Shown in pieces: positions 8,739 through 17,206 of a stretch of DNA of 64,000 nt. The notes under the pieces are model-generated. The model had not been told where the DNA came from, made no database searches, and saw only the letters and a program-made list of their open reading frames with translations. Made by a program: the position numbers and the translations under genes. The DNA comes from Candidatus Poribacteria bacterium (GTDB taxonomy: Bacteria; Poribacteria; WGA-4E; WGA-3G): assembly GCA_965197475.1 (NCBI GenBank), contig CBDANF010000003.1, positions 1,120,001 through 1,184,000 of the forward strand, written 5' to 3'. Every line of letters begins with the position of its first letter. Position 1 is the stretch's first letter.

Positions 8739-11426
8739 ATGCGAAAATTTTCCTTATACGTTTTTCTCATATTACTACTAAACAGCGCGTACCTATTCAG
8801 TTTCGGTGAACCAACGCTTTTCTACATTTTTAACGTCCTTCTCCACTTAGCACTCGGTATCGTATTAATAATCCCATTTAATATCTATCTCTATCAAAAA
8901 TTCAAAAACCTCTCAAGCATTGGACGTATTAGTGTTTTCGGGTTAATAGTCGGCATTGCTACCGGTGTTTACTTGATGATTGTCGGTGCCACTGCGCCTT
9001 ACCGTTGGCTTCTGATTACACACATTATCAGCATAAGCATTGGTAGTCTTCTCTTCTGCATTCACTTGCTGAAGGATAGTAGCAATCTTTCACCAACGTA
9101 CAAAAAAGTAATTATTGGCGTGTTAGTCGGTGTTGTGTTTTTTCCTATTGGTGCCAAACTTTCGCAATACTTTTTTCCGAATGAGGACTATCTCGTCAAA
9201 AACCCGGCATTACCTCCCACAAGCATGTATGAAGAAGGCGGTGGAACGACTGGACACTTTTTCCCTGCATCTGTTGAAACTGAGACGGGAGACCTGATTC
9301 CAACTGACTTCTTTCTCACATCAAATACCTGCGCGACAAATGGATGCCATCCTGATATATTTCGGCAGTGGAACGAATCTGCCCACCATTTCTCCTCCTT
9401 CAACAACCAGTGGTACAGAAAGTCTATCATCTATATGCAGGAGGTGAACGGGATTCAACCTTCGAAATGGTGCGGCGGATGCCACGACCCTGCGATTCTA
9501 CTCAACGGGGTAATGGACAAACCGATTCGGGAAAATTTGCATACACCCGCAGCGCAGGCAGGATTAGCATGCACTGCGTGCCACTCTATCGAAAGGGTAA
9601 AAGATACGATGGGAAACAGCGGATATGTAATTAAATATCCGCCTTTGCATGATATAGCATCAAGCAAAAATCGTATCGTTCGTAGTTTGCATAACTATCT
9701 AATACGTCTCGATCCAGAACCGCATCGGAAAAGCTTTCTCAAGCCTTTTCACCGCGACAATACAGCCGAATTCTGTTCAACCTGCCATAAAGTGCATTTG
9801 GATTTTCCTGTCAATAACTTCAAATGGGTACGCGGCTTTGACGATTATGACCAATGGCAAAAAAGTGGCGTTTCCCACCAAGGTGCGCTCTCATTTTATT
9901 ATCCCAAAACGGCTAAGAAATGTGCTGATTGCCACATGCCGCTTGTTGACTCTGCAGACGCGGGAAATATAAACGGCAAGGTACACAGCCACCGCTTTCC
10001 AGCTGCAAACACTGCACTTCCCTTTGTGAATCAACACGAAGAACAACTCCAGGCTGTAATAGATTTTTTGCAAAATAAGGTGATAACGTTGGACCTGTTT
10101 GCGAACGGTTCTCCGATTCCAAAAAATGGCATTGACGTTGCCCCGGGTGAAGATCCGTTAATTGAGGTTGTGGTACGCACGCGAGGTGTCGGCCACCGTT
10201 TTCCTGCGGGAACAATTGACGCATTTGACATCTGGCTTGAGGTAAAAGCCACTGATGAGAATGGAAAAATTGTGTTCTGGAACGGAAGAATCGCTGCATC
10301 TGATGGGAACGGTCCTGTCGATCCGAGTGCACATTTTTATCGTGGTTATATGCTTGATGCACACGGAAATCTAATCAACAAACGAAATGCGTGGGCAATG
10401 CGAACCGTGCTGTATTCACGTACCATTCCACCGGGTGCCGCCGATACCGTCCGATATCGGTTAGAAATTCCACCCGATTGTGGCGAGACTCTCTTGTTGG
10501 AAGCGAAACTCAATTATCGTAAGTTTAACTGGTGGCACACGCAGTGGGCTTATGCTGGTGTCCGAGACTCTGAGGATACAAATTTTCAGGTGGATAAAGG
10601 CTACGATGATGGCAAATGGGTCTGGAAAGGCGATACATCCGATGTCGCTGGGAAAATCAAGGCTATTCCAAACCTGCCAATCACCGTGATGGCAGATGCA
10701 AAAGCAACCCTTAATGTGATACCACCATCACAAGATGCTCCTGCTGTTCAAAAGAAACAGAATACATCAGGAGGAGAACTCAACGTAGCAAATGCACGTG
10801 AACGCTGGAACGATTACGGCATAGGGCTTCTCCTGCAAGGCGATCTCAGATCCGCGCAAACAGCATTTCGAGAAGTAACGAAAATAGACCCTGGCTACTT
10901 AGACGGCTGGGTGAATATCGCACGATGTAACATCAAAGAAGGTGATATGCAGGGTGCCGAAGCGATGCTTGATAAGGCGTTTGAGATTCAGAAAAAATTG
11001 CCTCCTGAAAACCTACATCGCGCAAAGGTTCATTATTTTTACGCCCTCGTTCAAGAATCTTATGGGAACTATGACATCGCAATTCAACACCTCCAACAAG
11101 CTGCCTCGCAATTCCCACGCGATACCCGTGTTCGCGATGAATTGGGGCGAATGCACTTTCTAAAACGAGAGTATGAGGCTGCTTTAGCACATTTTCAGAA
11201 AACGCTTGAGGTTGATCCAGAAGATTTAGATGCACATTACAATATGATGCGATGTTATCGTGCGTTGAAAAACCCATCTATGGCAGCGAAGTCACAAAAA
11301 CTGTACTTGCGGTTTAAGGCTGACGAATCCGTTGATGCGATAACGGGGATTGCCCGCCGCGCAGACCCTGATGCCAACCGTGAACGTCAGCAAATCCATG
11401 AACACGTGAATAGTTACGGAAAGTGA
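8739..11426 (+). CDS. Membrane-anchored multiheme cytochrome c with C-terminal TPR repeats
   Basis: ~5 N-terminal TM helices; CGGCH, CTACH, CSTCH, CADCH plus CATNGCH; TPRs at the C-terminus. Confidence 0.88.
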   Translation: MRKFSLYVFLILLLNSAYLFSFGEPTLFYIFNVLLHLALGIVLIIPFNIYLYQKFKNLSSIGRISVFGLIVGIATGVYLMIVGATAPYRWLLITHIISISIGSLLFCIHLLKDSSNLSPTYKKVIIGVLVGVVFFPIGAKLSQYFFPNEDYLVKNPALPPTSMYEEGGGTTGHFFPASVETETGDLIPTDFFLTSNTCATNGCHPDIFRQWNESAHHFSSFNNQWYRKSIIYMQEVNGIQPSKWCGGCHDPAILLNGVMDKPIRENLHTPAAQAGLACTACHSIERVKDTMGNSGYVIKYPPLHDIASSKNRIVRSLHNYLIRLDPEPHRKSFLKPFHRDNTAEFCSTCHKVHLDFPVNNFKWVRGFDDYDQWQKSGVSHQGALSFYYPKTAKKCADCHMPLVDSADAGNINGKVHSHRFPAANTALPFVNQHEEQLQAVIDFLQNKVITLDLFANGSPIPKNGIDVAPGEDPLIEVVVRTRGVGHRFPAGTIDAFDIWLEVKATDENGKIVFWNGRIAASDGNGPVDPSAHFYRGYMLDAHGNLINKRNAWAMRTVLYSRTIPPGAADTVRYRLEIPPDCGETLLLEAKLNYRKFNWWHTQWAYAGVRDSEDTNFQVDKGYDDGKWVWKGDTSDVAGKIKAIPNLPITVMADAKATLNVIPPSQDAPAVQKKQNTSGGELNVANARERWNDYGIGLLLQGDLRSAQTAFREVTKIDPGYLDGWVNIARCNIKEGDMQGAEAMLDKAFEIQKKLPPENLHRAKVHYFYALVQESYGNYDIAIQHLQQAASQFPRDTRVRDELGRMHFLKREYEAALAHFQKTLEVDPEDLDAHYNMMRCYRALKNPSMAAKSQKLYLRFKADESVDAITGIARRADPDANRERQQIHEHVNSYGK

Positions 11427-11825
11427 TGGATTATAGTGAGCATAAAAATAAGTAGACATCTGCTGGTAGGCGCGCTTTGTCCGCGCGCTGTCAATAGTGT
11501 TCAAGTAATTATAGGTTTTACTATAAGAAGCACAAACGAATGTCCTGTTTAATTTTGGGTGTGTAATATTTTGTCATCTGAATCGTGGATTCTCTGAACC
11601 AGGATTACCAGATTTCCAGGATTTTTCGGTTTGCTATGTGTTGATCCGATTGTTCAAATCAACGTCTCATGCGCGTATAGCATTCGGCGGGACGCTCCTA
11701 CAGAGGAAAGACTTTGAGCAGAAGGCGGAAACTTTCAAAGAACTGAATGGCTCTGTATGGAATCTTTTCAACTTGAAAGGTTTTAAGAGGTGTGGTAGAA
11801 TAACAAAAAATAAGGAGGTTTCGTA

Positions 11826-12131
11826 ATGGCAGAAACAGTCAGAACCGACATCAAAGGTGTTGATCGGTTTATTTTTGAAGTGGGAGCAGACCGAGAACAA
11901 CTCCATCTACACATCTCCGAAGTGGGACCAGGACAACGCGCACATCCACCACATACACACGACGGACAAGAAATTTTCTATGTCTTTTCTGGAAAAGGCG
12001 AAGTCTTGTTCGGAGAACAGACGCACCACGTGAGCGACAACGAAGCTGTGCATGTCGATTGCCAAGTTTTACACGGCATCCGTAATGTCGGGAAGACACC
12101 ACTCCGCTACGCTGTTATTATAGCCCGGTAA
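11826..12131 (+). CDS. Cupin domain protein
   Basis: AAGGAGG RBS; HPPHTH..E..YV and HGIRN cupin motifs. Confidence 0.88.
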   Translation: MAETVRTDIKGVDRFIFEVGADREQLHLHISEVGPGQRAHPPHTHDGQEIFYVFSGKGEVLFGEQTHHVSDNEAVHVDCQVLHGIRNVGKTPLRYAVIIAR

Positions 12132-12179
12132 ATTGCAGTGCAGGTGACACCCTCAACGATCTCCTACATCCTACATGAT

Positions 12180-12611
12180 CTATTCAGAAGGTTCCGTCGG
12201 CGGGTCTTTTAGCAATCCGGTGATACCGTAAATACCACCAATGATTAAAAGTATGCCGATGCTGCTTATACCCCGCCGTATCCACACAGGATGTAAAATC
12301 TGTGAGATGTTGAACATTGAGAGTGGTTGTAACAATTGAGATATGCCTATATTCACATAAAACGCACCGTAAGCAATAAGGCACATCTCACTGAGAAATT
12401 GCTGGCGGAGAGGGTCTACGGACATCCCAAAGGGATTTATAAGGTAGTCTCCTGAAAAAACAAGGGTCAATCCTACGATAAAAAAGGTGATAAGAGTACC
12501 AGTTGGATATGCGGATTGTTGTAACACAATAGCCAATAAGATACTCACACCTCCTAAAATAATGCTAATTATGCCCTGAAAAATTTGGACTCCTCTGCTC
12601 TGTGCTATCAT
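12180..12611 (-). CDS. Hypothetical 4-TM membrane protein
   Basis: Four hydrophobic segments; AAGG RBS. Confidence 0.7.
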   Translation of the reverse strand: MIAQSRGVQIFQGIISIILGGVSILLAIVLQQSAYPTGTLITFFIVGLTLVFSGDYLINPFGMSVDPLRQQFLSEMCLIAYGAFYVNIGISQLLQPLSMFNISQILHPVWIRRGISSIGILLIIGGIYGITGLLKDPPTEPSE

Positions 12612-12663
12612 TTACCTTTTGTATAACGCCCCCTGCGTGTCCGTGACTTATCGCTGTGAAAAC

Positions 12664-13773
12664 CTAAAATGAATATAAAACTGTTAAAGAGACCAGCGGA
12701 CCAAATTCAAACGCATCGCTTTCTTCATATTCACCATCTACAAACGCGTCGCTATCATCGTAAAGCGTTTCTTGATGTAACGGCAACAAAAGCGAAAGTG
12801 ATAACGGGACATTGAATGGTGTTGTAATAGATGTACCGAGCGATGCCATGCCGAAAAGGAGTCCGGTATTTTTGTCAATTTCTCCATCCCAATACGCATA
12901 AGATTGATAAATTCCAAGGTAACCCGCTTGGAAAGAAAACCATTTATTCAAGCGGAAGTTTAGTCCTGTCGTGTATGTAAGTTCTCTGGAACCACGATAC
13001 TCTTCACTGTTCTTGTAGAACGGTAATTTTGCGCGGACACTGGTATGTGATGCTAATCCCTTATAGATAGGAAGATTATAGTGCAGGTCGACGATAGGGT
13101 TGAAAGTTCCAGTCCCAAATTGGATATGTAGATGTTCCTTTCCCATCTCTCCGAGTTTCCATGGGTCTTCTTCTATTTTACCAAAGGGAATCGTAGTTCC
13201 AATGCGTCCCATTAAAAAATCGTCTTCCGTTAAGACTCCCAGTCTATAATGTCCAAGAAAAACTTCTGAATCTGTTAGACCGGTGTAGGTATCATTGCGA
13301 TGATGGATAAACCCATTCTCTACAATCGCGTCCCATTGTTCTTGAGTATACTTTTCACCGTCAATCTTTTCAATACTTGCTTCTTGTACTTTGGATTCAT
13401 AAGGGAGATTTGCTTCCAACGTCCATTGAGAACCGAGTTGATATTTTAACCCTATATCAACGCGATAAACGTTTAAGGTAACATGATGTCGGTGCTGTGG
13501 AACCGTGTCTATTTTGGGGTTGCCGTTTGAATCTAAGAAAACTCCCTCATCTTCAAGGTGTCCGCCTTGTGCATCAAACCACCGCATCATGCTGATAGAT
13601 GCTTGAAATCTTTTTCCTTCTGAAGTCAAACTGACTTCACCCGTCCCGCTACGTGGGATTGCGGGATTGCTTCACGCGCCTCAGCTCTCTTGCGCAAACG
13701 CAGTGTAAATCACAGTTAAGGAAAGAAAAATAAGTTGAAGGATAAGTATTGTGTTAAAAATTTTGATTTTCAT
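12664..13773 (-). CDS. Putative outer-membrane beta-barrel selenoprotein with N-terminal UxxU motif (369 aa)
   Basis: ATG 13773 with AGGA RBS; MKIKIFNTILILQLIFLSLTVIYTAFA|QES-TGA-GA-TGA-SNPAIPRSGTGEVSL continues in frame into the 321-aa ORF; MetA-pathway-like barrel motifs (GLTD, IPFG, QFGTG) and C-terminal Phe. Confidence 0.8.
13639..13666 (-). promoter_or_regulatory. Candidate bacterial SECIS hairpin
   Basis: mRNA CCCG-CAA-UCCC-A-C-GUA-G-C-GGGA-CGGG; loop G lies 19 nt after the second UGA and 28 nt after the first. Confidence 0.65.
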
Positions 13774-13820
13774 AGTACTTCCTGTTTGTTTAATGGCATC
13801 TGGATTGTGTCTACTACTTT

Positions 13821-14756
13821 TTATTGTGTTTCTAAGTTCAACCAACACATTTGGTCATCTGAAAGTTCAAGATTCAATGCGCCAAGAGAAGATGCCATCT
13901 CTTCTAAATTAGCCGGACCGACAATAGGAAAAATCGGGAAAGACAGGTGGACGCAATATGCAAGCGAAACCTGAATAGCGGAAAAGCCGTATTTTGCCCC
14001 TAATTGTTTGGCGCGTGCAAGTCTTTCAAAGTTATCGTCGTTGTAATACACACGCACCATATCCCCATTATCTCGGTTTTCAGCAGTAAATGCACCACTG
14101 AAAAATCCGCGTGCTTGCGATGACCACGGCATTAATGGGAATTGGTTTTCCACATGCCAACGACGTGCGTCATCATCAACGCAAACACACCCACCCCACA
14201 TCGGTTCCGTAGGTACTGCGAGACTGATGTTGTTGCTACAAGCAACGAAACCATTTACCCCGTGTTGTTCGGCGTAGGTATTGGCTTCAACAATACGTTG
14301 CGGCTTCCAGTTAGAAGCGGCGATGGCTCGGATACGTCCAGCGTCTATCTCTTCGTTCAAGTAATCAATAATTGTACTAACCGGCATGGTAGAGTCATCT
14401 CTATGAAGCATATAAAGGTCAATGAAATCGGTACCAAGACGAGTTAGGTTTTCGTCAAGGTCCTGTTTTACGTATTCTGGGGAAACACGGTTTGGAGTAC
14501 CACCGTATGGATGCCCTCCTTTATCTATCAGAAAAACCTCTTCTCGGTTTCTACGTTCCTTCATCCAAAGTCCGATTAACTTTTCGCTGTTGCCACCTCC
14601 GTAAATGTGGGCTGTGTCCAGAGCATTTCCACCTGCCTCAAAAAATGTGTCAAGCATTTCGCTGCTATGATCAAAGTTTGCAGGTGAATACATCATGGTT
14701 CCCAGAATCAGTTGTGAAATTTCTTGGTTGACTCCGGGAATTTTTATCCGCTTCAT
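13821..14756 (-). CDS. Aldo/keto reductase
   Basis: LDTAHIYG, DLYMLHRD, ASNW, PWSSQARG. Confidence 0.92.
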   Translation of the reverse strand: MKRIKIPGVNQEISQLILGTMMYSPANFDHSSEMLDTFFEAGGNALDTAHIYGGGNSEKLIGLWMKERRNREEVFLIDKGGHPYGGTPNRVSPEYVKQDLDENLTRLGTDFIDLYMLHRDDSTMPVSTIIDYLNEEIDAGRIRAIAASNWKPQRIVEANTYAEQHGVNGFVACSNNISLAVPTEPMWGGCVCVDDDARRWHVENQFPLMPWSSQARGFFSGAFTAENRDNGDMVRVYYNDDNFERLARAKQLGAKYGFSAIQVSLAYCVHLSFPIFPIVGPANLEEMASSLGALNLELSDDQMCWLNLETQ

Positions 14757-14891
14757 TCAAATGTCTTCCTTCATTTAAAACTATTACAATTCCGCTGAAA
14801 GTCCGCTGCTTTTTTATATATACGACATTCACATCATAAGATTATACCACATCACACATAGGATTTCAATGTAAATATTTGTAACTTCCGA

Positions 14892-15010
14892 CAAAGGCAT
14901 TCAGTTTCAAGTTTCTCACCGTTTTAGCCAGGGATTCACGACCGGGAGGCCGCTCCTATAGAGGAGAAACTTTGAATAGAGGATGGAAACTACTGGTGGG
15001 TGTTTGCCCA
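14892..15010. mobile_element. Degenerate third copy of the 122-bp MITE
   Basis: caaaggcattcagtttcaagtttctcac...cgctcctatagaggaga aligns with 4441-4520; right end decayed. Confidence 0.55.
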
Positions 15011-15354
15011 AGTGTGGTTTGACATTTTCCCATACACAACGCGGTGGAAGACGATCGCCTGCAAGATATCGATTTATCTGATCATGACTAAATTGCTTGC
15101 AGTGGTCAGCAAAATAAGTTATCGTCCAGTTGATAGGTGTGCTGAATAGATATTGACAGTAATCAAAGGCGAGTTGGTTTGTCATCTTGGCTCATGTAAA
15201 GAATGAGTGCAAATGAAAATTTAACCCGTGTGGCCATTGCCTTCATGAAAATAACCGCACACACCTTTTACATGAGCGGTCATCTTTATTTCCACATTGT
15301 AAACCATATTAGAGTGTTCGGGAGGCTAAGTCAAGCATTATTGCGTAAGTCCTG
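15011..15354 (-). pseudogene. IS701-family left-end remnant with truncated transposase
   Basis: TIR CAGGACTTACGCAA ending at 15354; DYCQYL...FSHDQINRYL...VWENVK N-terminus then truncation. Confidence 0.75.
15189..15278. mobile_element. 90-bp MITE, copy 1
   Basis: TIR (G/C)GCTCATGTAAA; 8-bp TSD gtcatctt; identical to 27429-27518. Confidence 0.95.
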
Positions 15355-15430
15355 AAAAATTATACCTTCAAAATATGCTAAAGTCAAAATTTTTGGTTGG
15401 ATGTGAGGAAATTTAGTTTAGTCAAAAAAA

Positions 15431-15457
15431 TGAAACCCCTTTTTTATGATGGCGTTA
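15431..15457 (+). promoter_or_regulatory. Candidate ECF sigma promoter
   Basis: TGAAAC-N16-CGTTA upstream of ORF 15500. Confidence 0.45.
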
Positions 15458-15499
15458 AAAGTATAGGGCAAATCACCTTATAACTATTAGGGGGTATAG

Positions 15500-15709
15500 A
15501 TGTATAAAGATTTTAAGCAATATACCGCTAACCCGCAACCGTTAGATGACAGAAAACTGGATTATTACGAATTGGCGGTGTATTTCGCGGCGGCAAAAGC
15601 ACAAGAGGAAGAATTTCGTTGGGAAAATTTCATTGACAACCTCTCTTTTATTTGTGACAAATTTGCATCACATATTGAGTCAAACGGCACACCTCGTCTG
15701 GAACTGTAA
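15500..15709 (+). CDS. Small hypothetical protein (69 aa)
   Basis: AGGGGG RBS, ATG, protein-like composition. Confidence 0.65.
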   Translation: MYKDFKQYTANPQPLDDRKLDYYELAVYFAAAKAQEEEFRWENFIDNLSFICDKFASHIESNGTPRLEL

Positions 15710-15766
15710 AGTCTACATGAAAGAAGACAGACAATAACTGCTAAATGTGGTGTTGAATGCAAAATT

Positions 15767-17059
15767 TCAATTTGCAGAATATGGGGTAGCGTTTTTCGGA
15801 ACCTGCCCCTGATTTTTTTTAATCGTTTCGTTCAGTTTCGAATAATTCTTGAAGATATTCACGAGATTCATCACTAACTTTTCAGGATCATGGCGAATAA
15901 CGTTCATCTGAGCCCTACCTAACCAAGTACCGATCTCAGTGACGACCATATCTCTGATAAGGTCTGCTTCAACAACGGTAATGCCTTCATCTTCAAGCCT
16001 CTCCTGCTCTCGGTTATAGGAAACCTGCACTTTTGAAGCGTCAGCAACTTGCATGGTTTCGGCAGAAAGTGTTGAAATATTTTTTGCAAGGTCAAGCACC
16101 TCCATCAGATGTTCAGTATTTTCAGCAAGCTTCAAAAGCCCTTCGTCAGACAAAGAACGAATTCGGGTCAGCTGTGAAACCAACTCATTCCTGACATACC
16201 CTTGCATGATTTCTTGCGGTGCCGGTTGATTATTAACTAAAACATAGTCAATAGGAATTTTTGCGTGGTCAAGAATGGCGTTGACATGGTCAGTAACAGA
16301 ATAACCGTCTGTTTCCCCGGGTTGTGTCATGACATTGCAAACATAGATTTTCAGCGCGTTGGAACGTTGAATTGCTTCAACTATGCCTTTTATCACAAGA
16401 TTTGGCATGATGCTGGTGTAAAGACTTCCTGGACCGATGATAATCGCATCGGCGTTAACAAGTGCTTCCATCGCTGCTTCGTGTGCTTGACATTCATAAA
16501 CTTCGTTGAGGTCATGGTGGGTTTTGCCGTTCTCACGGGGTTCAAAAAAGACGCGCTTGATCGGTTCTCTATTTTCGCGTATCGGGATAGTCGACTCGCC
16601 GCGTACGATTTCACCATCTGCAAGTTCAGCACAGAGGACGGTGTAATCTAAGGTAACAGGAATAATTTGTCCGCGCACCGAGAGTAGTCTTGAGGCGGCT
16701 TGAATTGCTCTCGGAAAATTGCCTTGGATTTCTGTCAGTGCTGTTAATAATAGATTTCCGATTGTATGTCCACCGAGATCGCCATTGCTGGAAAATCGGT
16801 ATTCAAAAAGACCCGCAAGCTCATCGGCATCGGATAGTGTATAGAGTAGCCTGCGGATATCTCCTGGTGGAAGGACATCAAATTCTTCAACAAGACGTCC
16901 CGAACTCCCTCCGTCGTCAGAAACAGTAACGATCGCTGCCAAACTATCCAGATCAATAATTTTTTCGTTACTTGTTTCCAGATCGGCATAGTACTTGATT
17001 CCACTAAGCAGCGCGGATAATCCACTTCCGCCGCCAATGCAGGCAATTTTCAAAGCCAT
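15767..17059 (-). CDS. yvcK: YvcK/GlmR family UDP-GlcNAc-binding protein
   Basis: IGGGSGLS, VTVSDDGGSSG, PPGDIR, GPGSLYTS, NVMTQPGET, RHDP. Confidence 0.92.
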   Translation of the reverse strand: MALKIACIGGGSGLSALLSGIKYYADLETSNEKIIDLDSLAAIVTVSDDGGSSGRLVEEFDVLPPGDIRRLLYTLSDADELAGLFEYRFSSNGDLGGHTIGNLLLTALTEIQGNFPRAIQAASRLLSVRGQIIPVTLDYTVLCAELADGEIVRGESTIPIRENREPIKRVFFEPRENGKTHHDLNEVYECQAHEAAMEALVNADAIIIGPGSLYTSIMPNLVIKGIVEAIQRSNALKIYVCNVMTQPGETDGYSVTDHVNAILDHAKIPIDYVLVNNQPAPQEIMQGYVRNELVSQLTRIRSLSDEGLLKLAENTEHLMEVLDLAKNISTLSAETMQVADASKVQVSYNREQERLEDEGITVVEADLIRDMVVTEIGTWLGRAQMNVIRHDPEKLVMNLVNIFKNYSKLNETIKKNQGQVPKNATPYSAN

Positions 17060-17206
17060 AATTTCTCCAAACCGCCAAGATGGTGGTTATTATTTCTATA
17101 GTTAACTTGACCACAAAATATGACTGTGGCACTCTCCAGATCAGACAGAAAATGTAAGATATATCAACGTCAAAATAAAGGACAAGTTTTGTCATAAATA
17201 ACGCAG

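Noticed and set aside
12664-13773. Alternative genetic code or simple pseudogene as explanation for the TGAs
   Set aside because: TGA terminates other genes normally here; the CxxC-like spacing, intact frame and downstream hairpin favour Sec, though this is unproven
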